64,000 nucleotides of DNA from the NCBI GenBank assembly GCA_963724325.1, contig CAVRUH010000001.1, forward strand, positions 1,047,178 through 1,111,177. Reading direction: 5' to 3'. Positions within the stretch are counted from its first letter, which is position 1, and every line of letters starts with the position of its first letter. The stretch comes from Waddliaceae bacterium (lineage in GTDB: Bacteria > Chlamydiota > Chlamydiia > Chlamydiales > Waddliaceae). A model generated the notes under the pieces. It did not search any database. It had not been told where the DNA came from and saw only the letters and a list, made by a program, of their open reading frames with translations. Of the stretch, positions 51,343 through 61,344 are shown in pieces. Both the position numbers and the translations under genes were made by a program.

Positions 51343-51768
51343 TTAGACATCTTTGATGTTTTTGATGAATGCTTCGTTCTCTTGGATTTCATGGAGAAAT
51401 TTCTCTAAAATCCTTAGAACAAGACGAGACGTATTATAAACCCCCGATGTGACAAAACAAAGTTCCAAATGAGGATGATCCCCTTGATTTAGTGCTATTA
51501 ATGTGCATGTAAAATGCTCATCTTCAATCTTTTCGGGTACAATCCATACTACAAACTCATCATTGACCAGAGTGATCTTTTCATTGGACTCAATCACATG
51601 AAAATAACGGGTTAATCCATTGTCTGTTGAATCCTTTCTATTGTAATTCAACAAATCAAACCTCTTCAGAAGTTCAATGTCAACATTGATAATACCCTCT
51701 GGCAAGTGGTCCTGGATGTTATCCATGTACTCAAGATAATACTTTTCTAGCAATTTAAGATCATACAT
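51343..51768 (-). CDS. Conserved chlamydial hypothetical protein
   Basis: 141-aa ORF with RBS, divergent from dacC. Confidence 0.7.
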   Translation of the reverse strand: MYDLKLLEKYYLEYMDNIQDHLPEGIINVDIELLKRFDLLNYNRKDSTDNGLTRYFHVIESNEKITLVNDEFVVWIVPEKIEDEHFTCTLIALNQGDHPHLELCFVTSGVYNTSRLVLRILEKFLHEIQENEAFIKNIKDV

Positions 51769-51907
51769 ATCTCACCCCACAACTTTATTATAGCATTTTT
51801 CTATTTCATTTTCAAAATAATATTATGCAATTCTTGTGCCAAATCTTATTGGTGAAAATTGAAGATTTTGATAGAATCGCGGTTTTAAAGCTAAAACCCT
51901 GAGATTT

Positions 51908-53167
51908 ATGAAATTTTTATCCTTTTTCTTTGTTTTTATTTTGAGTACTGAAGTATCTGCAAAACAACTACCTTTCTCTACAAAGGCTGACTCCTACATC
52001 CTAATAAATGCCGACACGGGAGCCGTACTTTCGGAAAAAAACTCAAAAAAACTCCAATATCCAGCAAGTTTAACAAAAATCGCCACCTGCAGCTATGCAA
52101 TTAACCAAGCAGGAGACAAATTAGACGTGGTTTTCACAGCAGAGCGGGATGCCTTAGTTACAATTACCGAGGCGGAGATGAAGAAAATGAATTATACTCA
52201 TCCCCACCACTGGCTTGAGCCTGTTGCCACCCATATTGGGTTAAAAGTGGGTGAAAAAATGAGCTTACGAGACCTATTATACGGAGCAATGATTGCATCA
52301 GGAGGGGATGCATGTAACGTTATCGCACAAAATATCGGTGGTAATATCCCTAATTTTATGGAAGGCCTCAATAAATACCTAAATTCCATTGGATGCAAAG
52401 ACACTGTTTATTATAATACACATGGAATAAACCACCCCAACCATCAAACGACTGCCTACGATTTATCCCTTATGACAAAAGAAGCCCTGAAAGACCCTTT
52501 CTTTCGCAAAATTGTTAAATCGACCTCTTTTAATCGTCCAGAAACAAATAAACAAAAAGCTACAATTTATGCTCAATCAAACCGATTGCTTAGAAAAGGG
52601 ACATATTATTACCCAAAAGCCATCGGCGTTAAAACAGGTTTTCACACACCAGCCAAGCACTGTCTTGCCGCAGCTGCAACTCAAGATGGTCGGACACTTA
52701 TTGCTATTTTCTTAAAGCATCCTGAGCGAGGAGAAGCATTTGTGGATGCAAAATTGATATTCGAAAAAGCTTTTCAGGAGAAAAAAGTACACCGGACCCT
52801 AGTTCAAGCAGGTCCTCAAAAGCATACAAAGTTAGTTATAGGCGGAGCAAGCCCGCTCACAACCTATGTCGATGAACCAGCGATCATTTCCTATTACCCT
52901 GCTGAAGAGTCAATTCACAAATGTTTCCTATGCTGGGATGAATTGACGCTCCCGATCAAAAAAGGCGAACGAGTCGGAGAAATATCTATTAAAGACGAAT
53001 CAGGTCATATCGTAAAAAGAACCATACTATTAGCCGACGCAGATGTCCACCCGACCTTACTCACACGCATCAAAGAATCACCCGTCCTTGTGGGGGTCTT
53101 TGTATTGCTGGCTGGCTTTGCTGTTTGGTGGTTTTTTCGGGGGGCGAAACCAACTCGCAATTCATAA
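51908..53167 (+). CDS. dacC: D-Ala-D-Ala carboxypeptidase (peptidase S11)
   Basis: PASLTK, SGG in place of SxN, GVKTG; C-terminal TM anchor. Confidence 0.88.
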   Translation: MKFLSFFFVFILSTEVSAKQLPFSTKADSYILINADTGAVLSEKNSKKLQYPASLTKIATCSYAINQAGDKLDVVFTAERDALVTITEAEMKKMNYTHPHHWLEPVATHIGLKVGEKMSLRDLLYGAMIASGGDACNVIAQNIGGNIPNFMEGLNKYLNSIGCKDTVYYNTHGINHPNHQTTAYDLSLMTKEALKDPFFRKIVKSTSFNRPETNKQKATIYAQSNRLLRKGTYYYPKAIGVKTGFHTPAKHCLAAAATQDGRTLIAIFLKHPERGEAFVDAKLIFEKAFQEKKVHRTLVQAGPQKHTKLVIGGASPLTTYVDEPAIISYYPAEESIHKCFLCWDELTLPIKKGERVGEISIKDESGHIVKRTILLADADVHPTLLTRIKESPVLVGVFVLLAGFAVWWFFRGAKPTRNS

Positions 53168-53272
53168 AACTTTTTCTTCTTTGTGCCTTTGTTTCTTTAT
53201 GTTGAAGATTTTAATAGATGACGATTTTGTTTTTAGGGACAGAAAATTGTCTAATGAGGTAAGATATTTTGT

Positions 53273-54247
53273 ATGAATACACCTATCGCTGACTTGCATT
53301 GCGATCTTCTTGTATACCTGCAAAATGGAACAACAAGATCCCCACACGACCCAGCCTCTCGCTGCTCCATCGAACAGATGCGCGAAGGAAATGTACGCTA
53401 TCAGATTCTTCCCGTATATGTAGAAACTAATCCTCGCTCATCCATTCAAGGCGCTGAACAAGTCGATATCTTCCGAAAACTGCCTCACCTATATCCTGAT
53501 GCTTATAAAATCATACGCGATATGAATCCAAAAGAACAAATTGGCATCGGTTTAGCCTTTGAGAATGCTGCAGGTCTGTGTAACGAAGAGGAGCCTCTTG
53601 AAAAGGCATGGAAAACACTCGACAAACTTGAACATGATTCCATTAAGGTAGTATATATCAGTATGACATGGAACGAGGAAAATCGCTTTGGCGGGGGTGC
53701 CCACACTAAGATTGGTTTGAAAAGCGATGGGATGAAATTGCTCGATTTTCTCCATCAAAGAAAGACTGCAATAGACCTTAGCCACACCTCTGATCCATTA
53801 GCAGAACAGATTCTCAACTACATTGAAAAGCGAAGTTTAGATATTCCTGTTATCGCAAGCCATTCTAATTTCAGAGCGGTCGAAAACGCCCTTAGAAATC
53901 TTCCAGACTACCTTGCCAAAGAAATCTTTAGGCGCAACGGAATCATAGGCATGAACTTTGTCAGATATTTTATAGGTAAAGATTCTACAGATAACTTCGT
54001 AAGACAGCTAGAACATGGATTCAAGCTTGGTGGACAGAATCAAATCTGTTTTGGGGCCGATTTTTTCTTTGGAGATGACGTTTCTGCGGTTCATAGGAAG
54101 CCGCCTGAAGTCCTTTTTTTCCCAGATTTTGATAATTCTAGCTGCTATCCACGTGTATTAGAGCTGTGGAATCTCCCTGCAGCTATTGCGGATCAAGTAG
54201 CACACCAAAATCTCAAACACTTTTTACAAACACAAATATTTATATGA
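53273..54247 (+). CDS. Membrane dipeptidase (M19)
   Basis: DLHCD, IDLSH, ASHSN, RNLPD, GADF. Confidence 0.9.
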   Translation: MNTPIADLHCDLLVYLQNGTTRSPHDPASRCSIEQMREGNVRYQILPVYVETNPRSSIQGAEQVDIFRKLPHLYPDAYKIIRDMNPKEQIGIGLAFENAAGLCNEEEPLEKAWKTLDKLEHDSIKVVYISMTWNEENRFGGGAHTKIGLKSDGMKLLDFLHQRKTAIDLSHTSDPLAEQILNYIEKRSLDIPVIASHSNFRAVENALRNLPDYLAKEIFRRNGIIGMNFVRYFIGKDSTDNFVRQLEHGFKLGGQNQICFGADFFFGDDVSAVHRKPPEVLFFPDFDNSSCYPRVLELWNLPAAIADQVAHQNLKHFLQTQIFI

Positions 54248-55473
54248 AAAATTCATTCCTCGCCCAAATACTCTTTGCGATGTTTCTAGCAGTCATTGCA
54301 GGAATGTTTACGGGACCCAACATGGAGATTGCCGGAGTGCCCATTGTTCGTATTTATGATCTGATCGGCCATCTATTTCTGAACGGCTTGAAATTATTAA
54401 TTGTTCCATTGGTAGTTTCCTCAATTATTACAGGCACAGCTCGTGTGGGGGCAGATCAGAGTTTTGCTTCTCTGGGTGGAAAAACCTTTGGCTATTTCTT
54501 TTTAACGGGAATCCTTGCTGTCCTCATCGGCTTTGCCGGTGCTGTTATGTTGCAGCCTTGGGTATCGCAGGATTTAGTTAAAACACTCACTGCGACAAGT
54601 GCTAACATAGCCGTGCCTATCCCTGGAGGTGCTTTCGATAGCATTGAAGGTATATTATTCCGGCTGATTCCAACGAATATATTTCAGGTAGCTGCAGAAG
54701 GGCAAATGCTTGGACTGATATTTTTCAGTGTTATTTTTGGCGTTTTCAGTGCACGTATTGATTCAGAGTTTTCTACTACGGTAATGAACTTTTGGAATGG
54801 CGTGTTTCAGATTATGATGAAGATGACTCATCTCGTGATGAAGGCAATGCCCATCGGAGTTTTCGGTCTCATGGCAAAAATGGTAGCAACCACCGGTTTG
54901 GAAGCAGTACGTCCTGTAGCCGCATTTTTCGGGGTTGTGATTTTGGGATTATCCGTTTTTACGTTTATTGTGCTGCCGCTTCTTCTTCGATTTATTGCAG
55001 GTGTTAGCCCCCTGGCCCATTTTCGTGCGGTTGGCCCGGCATTATTGACAGCTTTTACGACAAGTTCATCGGCTGCCACCTTGCCTATTACTTTGGAATG
55101 CATGGAAAAAAGGGCAAATATTCCCAATCGATTTTGTAGTTTTATCCTTCCTTTGGGGACGACAGTTAATTTGACCGGTTCTGCTCTTTATGCTACGACC
55201 GCCGTATTGTTTATTGCTAGGTGTTACGGAATCGACTTGGCATTTGGCGGACTGGTTACGGTAGGGCTTCTTTGTCTTTTTACAGCTCTTGGAATGGTTG
55301 CTGGCATTCCTTCGGCGACCTTCGTGGCCATCACACTCATTTTGCAGTCCATTGGACTGCCTTCGGAAAGCATCATCCTCATTCTTCCTGTCGAGCGTAT
55401 TCTTGATATGTTCCGCACCACCGTCAATGTCTTCTGCTCCACCTGCGTCACCGTCCTCGTTGCTAGAAGATAG
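54244..55473 (+). CDS. Dicarboxylate/amino-acid:cation symporter (DAACS)
   Basis: AFTTSSSAATLP, LPLGTTVNLTG, RILDMFRTTVNV; ATGA-coupled start. Confidence 0.92.
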   Translation: MKNSFLAQILFAMFLAVIAGMFTGPNMEIAGVPIVRIYDLIGHLFLNGLKLLIVPLVVSSIITGTARVGADQSFASLGGKTFGYFFLTGILAVLIGFAGAVMLQPWVSQDLVKTLTATSANIAVPIPGGAFDSIEGILFRLIPTNIFQVAAEGQMLGLIFFSVIFGVFSARIDSEFSTTVMNFWNGVFQIMMKMTHLVMKAMPIGVFGLMAKMVATTGLEAVRPVAAFFGVVILGLSVFTFIVLPLLLRFIAGVSPLAHFRAVGPALLTAFTTSSSAATLPITLECMEKRANIPNRFCSFILPLGTTVNLTGSALYATTAVLFIARCYGIDLAFGGLVTVGLLCLFTALGMVAGIPSATFVAITLILQSIGLPSESIILILPVERILDMFRTTVNVFCSTCVTVLVARR

Positions 55474-55481
55474 TGCTAAAT
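55453..55481. repeat. Direct repeat X (29 bp), copy 1; copy 2 at 57044-57072
   Basis: GTCCTCGTTGCTAGAAGATAGTGCTAAAT identical at both sites. Confidence 0.9.
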
Positions 55482-55572
55482 ATCAGCACATTTTATATCC
55501 CCAAATTGGATTTTTCTTGATTTGGGGATAGTTTTTTGCTAAAATAGGGATACTTATATAGGAGATTACTGG

Positions 55573-57018
55573 ATGGGATCTAATAACAGGTTTGTGGGGC
55601 GCGAGGCTGAACTTGCGAGATTAAGGGGTTTTCTTGAAAAAAGAAGTGCCAGTCTTATCGTTGTGAGAGGGAGGCGTCGCATTGGAAAAAGTAGGCTTCT
55701 TAAGGAATTTGGCAAACAGATGAAAAGTTTTTTCTTTTCGGGTTTGCCCCCTAAACTTAAAACCAAAATTACAGATGCTGCCCAAAAGAAAGAATTTGTT
55801 AATCAACTCCAACAACAGGGGATTCCAGGTGTAAGTCCGGATGATTGGAGCAATCTCTTTTGGCATCTTGCACAACATACAAAAGATGGTCGTGTGCTCA
55901 TTGTTTTAGATGAAATATCATGGATGGGTAGTAAGGATCCCAATTTTCTCGGAAAACTCAAAAATGCTTGGGACTTATATTTTTCAAATAACCCTGAACT
56001 GATTTTGATTCTATGTGGATCAATTTCATCATGGATTGAGGAAAATATTTTAGCTAGCACAGGTTATCTTGGACGTGTTTCATTGGATTTATATCTTGAA
56101 GAGCTTCCTTTAGCGGACTGTAATGCATTTTGGGAACCTAATAAAGATCGAATTTCAGCATATGAAAAATTGAAATTTCTTTCCGTCACCGGAGGTGTCC
56201 CCTTATATCTAGAACTTCTTAGACCGGAGCTTTCTGCAGAGGAAAATATTAGAGATATCTGCTTTACTCGCGGGGGTTTGCTTGTCAGAGAATTTGAGCA
56301 AATTTTTTCAGATCTCTTTTTGCGACGAAGTGATAGTTATAAGAAAATTGTCGAATGTTTAGCTGATGGACCGAAGGATCTACCTGAAATCTGCAAAGTA
56401 CTTAAGAAAAGTAAGGGGGGCGTGTATAGCGAATACATTGACAACTTAGTGGAGGCTGGATATGTGAAAAGGGATTTCAGTTGGCATTTAGATACTGAGA
56501 AGATTTCTAAGTTAACTAAATATCGTTTAAGTGATAATTATCTTAGATTCTATCTTAAGTATATTGGTCCCAATCAGATGCAAATTGAAAGTGGATTATT
56601 CGCCTATCCATCTTTGGCATCACTTCCAGCATGGGAATCAATGATGGGACTGCAGTTTGAAAATTTAGTTGTGCATAATCGTAGAGTAATTTGGAAAATA
56701 CTCGGGATAGATCCAAGCGATATTGTTATGGAAGGGCCTTTTTTCCAAAGTCATACAAAAGGCCGACCTGGATCTCAAATTGATTATCTCATACAAACCC
56801 GTTTTCACACACTTTACTTGTGTGAAATAAAGTTTTCTAAAAATCCCGTGAGTATAAAAATTATCGAAGAGCTTGAAAGGAAGCAAGAAAGACTTGTTAC
56901 TCCAAGGCATTGCTCGATCAGGCCAATTTTAATCCATGTTAATGGAGTTGAAGACAGTGTTATTGACTCGCGTTATTTCGATAAAATCATAGACTTTGGC
57001 AGATTATTATCAATTTGA
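55573..57018 (+). CDS. Archaeal-type ATPase (ATPase_2) with wHTH and DUF234/PD-(D/E)XK-like tail
   Basis: FVGREAEL, GRRRIGKS, LDEI, LCGS, TGGVP.YL, QIDY...LCEIK. Confidence 0.9.
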   Translation: MGSNNRFVGREAELARLRGFLEKRSASLIVVRGRRRIGKSRLLKEFGKQMKSFFFSGLPPKLKTKITDAAQKKEFVNQLQQQGIPGVSPDDWSNLFWHLAQHTKDGRVLIVLDEISWMGSKDPNFLGKLKNAWDLYFSNNPELILILCGSISSWIEENILASTGYLGRVSLDLYLEELPLADCNAFWEPNKDRISAYEKLKFLSVTGGVPLYLELLRPELSAEENIRDICFTRGGLLVREFEQIFSDLFLRRSDSYKKIVECLADGPKDLPEICKVLKKSKGGVYSEYIDNLVEAGYVKRDFSWHLDTEKISKLTKYRLSDNYLRFYLKYIGPNQMQIESGLFAYPSLASLPAWESMMGLQFENLVVHNRRVIWKILGIDPSDIVMEGPFFQSHTKGRPGSQIDYLIQTRFHTLYLCEIKFSKNPVSIKIIEELERKQERLVTPRHCSIRPILIHVNGVEDSVIDSRYFDKIIDFGRLLSI

Positions 57019-57025
57019 ATATTCC

Positions 57026-57043
57026 ATTTTGCTATTTTTGACA
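57026..57043. repeat. Direct repeat Y (18 bp), copy 1; copy 2 at 59460-59477
   Basis: ATTTTGCTATTTTTGACA identical at both sites; abuts repeat X. Confidence 0.8.
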
Positions 57044-57066
57044 GTCCTCGTTGCTAGAAGATAGTG

Positions 57067-58611
57067 CTAAATTTCCAAGGTAGATGCATCAAATCCAAAT
57101 CGATCCTTCAGAAATTTAATGGTATCTTCCTTGCCAGTAAGACGTATAGTTTCAAAATTTTTCTCTTCTCGAGGTCCACCTAGTGTTGCGTAATTGTTAT
57201 AATCAATTGCCCGCAGAAGCCATTTTGCACCCTTGTTCAAGTCCACTGCAAACCTACCAGAATCTCCAAACAAGTAAATATTGGCTAAGTAATCGCAAGC
57301 TTTGGCGTCTTTCTGCTCCGCAGCTCGCTCAAACCATTTAATTATTTCATTTGGATCTCTGTTACTACCGAGGTATTTCGATTCCCAGTAAAGTTCGAAG
57401 CCCGTGAAGAACATAGCATCTGCATTTCCTTTGTTAGCAGCAAGTATATTCAAATTAAAGGCCTTCAATGGATGCTTAGTTTCAATTTCTTTTGCAAGTG
57501 CACGAAGATTTTGGTGTGTTGGTTCGGACCCTGCGATATCCACTTCGACAATTCTTTCATTTTCAATGTAGACGTCAGCTAGGACTTCATTAAGAGAGGA
57601 ATTAATCCATGAGTCTTCATTGTAAAATTCTTCTAAGAAATCAAGAGCATCACTTTTGTCCTCAAGTAGTTTTTCTGAATTCATATCGATTTTTACATTT
57701 CTAGCTCCATTAACAAATGCTAAAAGAAGGTATTTAACTGCCTCTTTTCGATCTTCATGGGCCGCATTGTGCATACCTAAATAATATCTGGCCAGTTGGA
57801 TGCAGGCCTCAGGGTGTTCTTTTTCGGCTGCTTGTTTATACAATTCAACGGCCCGACTATTTGCATTTTCCCCATGATCTGTAAATAACTCAGCCATCGC
57901 AAACATGGCCTTAGCGCTCCCTTTGTCCGCAGCCATGTTCATAATGCGGATGTATTCGTATGTATTTACATTTAAAAATTTTGTAATTTCATAAAGTTCA
58001 TCGGCTTCAGGATCAATCTCTTGATTATTTTTGTAAATGTCCAATAAAAGTTTACTTGGACGTTCTAATGTATAGTCTAGCCTTACCAAGGATGAATCAC
58101 CTGCCTTTATTCCCTCTTTTAACCAAGGGACAGCCCTGCTGATGTTCTTTTCAACGGAGTCTTCAGGGGTGTCACCATCGTCTCCCAATAGGTACATTTG
58201 TGCTATTTCGTTGCATGCTTCGCCTTTTTCTACATTATCTGATGCAGTTGCTGCAATATTTTCCAATAAATCAAGTCGATCCTTTGGTTTATCTGCTGCA
58301 AGTGCTCTATTTATTGCATCATACTGTGATGGCTTTGCTTGCGGAGGAGTTATATTACGAGTCACTGAATCGGATTGTCTATTTTGTACGATGTTGTCAA
58401 CTTTGGATTCTGTTCCTGATGGTACTGTGATATGTTTAACATTGCGGTATTTTATCAAACAGACGAGGTAGACTATTCCTAAGCTAAGTATGCCAAGTAC
58501 TACGCTCGCAATGAGGGCTTTGCGGCTATCTTTTTCGGAGAGACTAGGATCTTTTGGATGAAATATATAATTTGAAAAAAATTCTTTAGAATTAATACTT
58601 AAATTTGACAT
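57067..58611 (-). CDS. Sel1-like repeat protein with N-terminal TM segment (effector-like)
   Basis: AVELYKQAAEKEHPEA, IKWFERAAEQKDAKA; TM segment LIASVVLGILSLGIVYLVC. Confidence 0.85.
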   Translation of the reverse strand: MSNLSINSKEFFSNYIFHPKDPSLSEKDSRKALIASVVLGILSLGIVYLVCLIKYRNVKHITVPSGTESKVDNIVQNRQSDSVTRNITPPQAKPSQYDAINRALAADKPKDRLDLLENIAATASDNVEKGEACNEIAQMYLLGDDGDTPEDSVEKNISRAVPWLKEGIKAGDSSLVRLDYTLERPSKLLLDIYKNNQEIDPEADELYEITKFLNVNTYEYIRIMNMAADKGSAKAMFAMAELFTDHGENANSRAVELYKQAAEKEHPEACIQLARYYLGMHNAAHEDRKEAVKYLLLAFVNGARNVKIDMNSEKLLEDKSDALDFLEEFYNEDSWINSSLNEVLADVYIENERIVEVDIAGSEPTHQNLRALAKEIETKHPLKAFNLNILAANKGNADAMFFTGFELYWESKYLGSNRDPNEIIKWFERAAEQKDAKACDYLANIYLFGDSGRFAVDLNKGAKWLLRAIDYNNYATLGGPREEKNFETIRLTGKEDTIKFLKDRFGFDASTLEI

Positions 58612-58759
58612 AAATCCTCAAAATAATATTTTTTATATACGCTTATTATACCAAATCTAGATAATTTATGTCAAAATTGTTCTTGAGACCGGGCCTGAAG
58701 AACAGGTAGGATTTGCATAAAGAAAAGTTCCACATTTGCGAACTCGCCAAGGGACACTG

Positions 58760-58986
58760 ATGGGTAATATTTTTTTTATGTTGATTAAAAAGCCCAAATA
58801 ATCTAAAAAGGAGCTATCGATTAGTGCCTCGTTGATAGTAATGATAATTTTGTATGTGCTATAAAAATAGCTCATGGTAAGAGGACAAAAGAAGAAGTTA
58901 TAGCTTATAGTGTTCACAAAACTGAGCAGGAATTTAAAAAGAGAGGTTTATTATGGCCACCGAAAAAGAAATCAAAGAGCATTTGA
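58760..58986 (+). pseudogene. Degraded small basic gene, possibly a HicA-like toxin
   Basis: Frame 58825-58986 reads CLVDSNDNFVCAIKIAHGKRTKEEVIAYSVHKTEQEFKKRGLLWPPKKKSKSI, preceded by in-frame stops; overlaps the next start. Confidence 0.4.
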
Positions 58987-59351
58987 AAATTGCTTTAAAA
59001 GAAGTCGGAGAAATAAAGCCATGGTTTGATAAAGATTTTGATGTATGGATCTTCAGCCATCCTCTTTACCCAGTAGATTATGCGGGTGAGAGTGCTAAAG
59101 AAGTCATTAAAAATTATCCTCTTTATCTTAAAGAATTCATCAAACATAGATTAGATAATAATCTTAATGCACTCACTGAAAAAGAAACTAAAGGTCGTGG
59201 TGGTAAACGTCCAGGTGCTGGCAGGCCTGTAGGGACATTAAAAGAGCATAAAACTCGAGTTTATGTTCCTGATGATATTGCGACATGGATCAGAAATCCC
59301 CAAGCAATTGAACAAGTTCGTAGACTCATGAGAAGAAAACAGACGGTATAA
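58953..59351 (+). CDS. Small HicB-like antitoxin / DNA-binding protein
   Basis: GAGG RBS; YAGESAKEV motif; RGGKRPGAGRP plus an RHH-like C-terminus. Confidence 0.55.
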   Translation: MATEKEIKEHLKIALKEVGEIKPWFDKDFDVWIFSHPLYPVDYAGESAKEVIKNYPLYLKEFIKHRLDNNLNALTEKETKGRGGKRPGAGRPVGTLKEHKTRVYVPDDIATWIRNPQAIEQVRRLMRRKQTV

Positions 59352-59471
59352 AAGACATAAAAGCATCATTTATGACGTTACTCAATAGTTCAGAAAAATG
59401 TGTTTTTGCCTTTGATGGGCTAATGTGTTTCATTTTATTCTCCTCAAGAGAAGTAGTCTATTTTGCTATTT

Positions 59472-59500
59472 TTGACAACTATTGTGTGTTGAGGTACAAT
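59472..59500 (+). promoter_or_regulatory. mnmA promoter
   Basis: TTGACA-N17-TACAAT. Confidence 0.65.
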
Positions 59501-59508
59501 GTCTTAGT

Positions 59509-60588
59509 ATGAAAAATGTTAAAGGTAAAACAGTTGTGGTTGGCATGTCGGGAGGAGTGGATTCCTCAGTAACAGCCCTTTTGCTCAAGCAGCAGGGGTT
59601 TGATGTCATCGGCATGTTCATGAAAAACTGGGAAGAAAGCGATGCCGAAGGCGTTTGCCAATCAGCTGCCGATTTCGAAGATGTCGTCAGGGTTTGCAAT
59701 AAAATCGATATCCCATATTACTCTGTCAATTTTGCAAAAGAATACTGGGACAACGTCTTCGCCCATTGCATTGAAGAATTCAAGAAGGGGAACACCCCCA
59801 ATCCAGATGTCCTTTGCAATCGTGAAATCAAATTCAAGGTCCTCTTCGACAGGGCCATGGAACTTGGAGGCGACTTCCTCGCCACCGGCCATTACTGCCA
59901 AATTCGTCAAAATAATGACAGAACTTTCTTGGCAAAAGGAGCTGATCCCAACAAAGATCAAACCTATTTTCTCCATATGGTCAATGAGGTCACCTTGCAA
60001 AAGGTTCTTTTCCCAATAGGTGCCATGTTAAAACAAGAAGTCCGCGATATCGCTCGGAAACACGATCTCCCTGTAGCCGAAAAAAAAGACAGCACGGGTA
60101 TTTGTTTCATTGGCGAACGGAAATTTAAGGACTTTTTGACTCAATTCATTCCTCAAAATCCGGGATGTTTCGAAAATACGCGAGGGGAAGTGATTGGAAA
60201 ACACGACGGCGTTTCATTTTATACCATCGGTCAGCGCCGCGGCCTAGGAATCGGCGGACCAGGTGAAGCTTGGTTTGTGGTGAAGAAAGATGTCGAGCGT
60301 AATGTGGTTATTGTAGAGCAAGGAGCCGATCACCCAGCATTATTTGCAAATGAACTGGCGGCGACCGATTTAAATTGGATTTCATATTCCGGAGCACCCG
60401 CATTGCCTTATAAGTGCGCCTCGAAAATTCGATACCGCCAAAGCGATCACCCCTGCATGATTGAAAAGATCGAAGAGGGGATGGCTATGGTATCATTTGC
60501 AACTCCGCAGAGGGCAGTAACACCCCATCAGTCGATTGTTTTCTACGACGGTGATATATGCCTCGGCGGCGGAATTATAAAATTCTAA
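59509..60588 (+). CDS. mnmA: tRNA 2-thiouridylase
   Basis: GMSGGVDSS, TPNPDVLCN, ATGHY, KDQTYFL, KKDSTGICFIG. Confidence 0.97.
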   Translation: MKNVKGKTVVVGMSGGVDSSVTALLLKQQGFDVIGMFMKNWEESDAEGVCQSAADFEDVVRVCNKIDIPYYSVNFAKEYWDNVFAHCIEEFKKGNTPNPDVLCNREIKFKVLFDRAMELGGDFLATGHYCQIRQNNDRTFLAKGADPNKDQTYFLHMVNEVTLQKVLFPIGAMLKQEVRDIARKHDLPVAEKKDSTGICFIGERKFKDFLTQFIPQNPGCFENTRGEVIGKHDGVSFYTIGQRRGLGIGGPGEAWFVVKKDVERNVVIVEQGADHPALFANELAATDLNWISYSGAPALPYKCASKIRYRQSDHPCMIEKIEEGMAMVSFATPQRAVTPHQSIVFYDGDICLGGGIIKF

Positions 60589-61262
60589 AACCAGCGAGCG
60601 ATGCCTATTTTGCCGCCGTAGCCGCGGATCCCATCTTTAGTTTCACCCATGCTTTCGTTGTAGGCGATACCGACATTGACTGACCAGCATTTGTTTAGGT
60701 CGTATTCATATTGGGCGCCGTAGCTAGGGCCGTTGCTCCAACTTTTGTTGTCCAGTACATGTTTAATTTTTGTGTGCGTATGGCACCAGGCCCATTGGAA
60801 CGTCCCGGTAACACGCATGTTGTCTGCAATACTATAGGTCAATTCAAGGCAGAGGTATGGGGAAATAGAGCGGAAATTATCTTCAAATTCCATGTAAACT
60901 TCAGGAGCAACTTCAGCAGTTATGGGTGTGTTGAGGTTTGCCATAGATACTCCTGCCGAAGGGGTGAGAAAAAAGCAATCTCCAATGGGAAGGCAGTGGC
61001 CGAAACCAATTGCGCCCGTGATGAGTTCTCCTTCATTTTTTCCATACATGAACATCGGCTTGACGCACCAGCCGCCGCCAAATATGACGACTCCATCTGC
61101 GCGGATGGCAGGCAGATCAAGTTCTTTTGCTGTGTGCCCTTTTTCGAGTACGTCAAGGTGAATATAAGCGGGAGCAAGCTCCACTTTTCCCCAGATTTTC
61201 GCTGCCAAATTTTGTTGGAATAGGCTAAGAGCTGTTACAGTAACAATGATCGTGCGATACAT
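60585..61262 (-). CDS. Small outer-membrane beta-barrel protein
   Basis: GGAGG RBS before ATG 61262; signal peptide; amphipathic strands; terminal Phe. Confidence 0.75.
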   Translation of the reverse strand: MYRTIIVTVTALSLFQQNLAAKIWGKVELAPAYIHLDVLEKGHTAKELDLPAIRADGVVIFGGGWCVKPMFMYGKNEGELITGAIGFGHCLPIGDCFFLTPSAGVSMANLNTPITAEVAPEVYMEFEDNFRSISPYLCLELTYSIADNMRVTGTFQWAWCHTHTKIKHVLDNKSWSNGPSYGAQYEYDLNKCWSVNVGIAYNESMGETKDGIRGYGGKIGIARWF

Positions 61263-61344
61263 GAGATACCTCCATCTTAATAAGGCTCGATTATCTCTCA
61301 CACTGATGTTTTTTGGCTAGGACAAAAAAACACTATGGGCAGAG

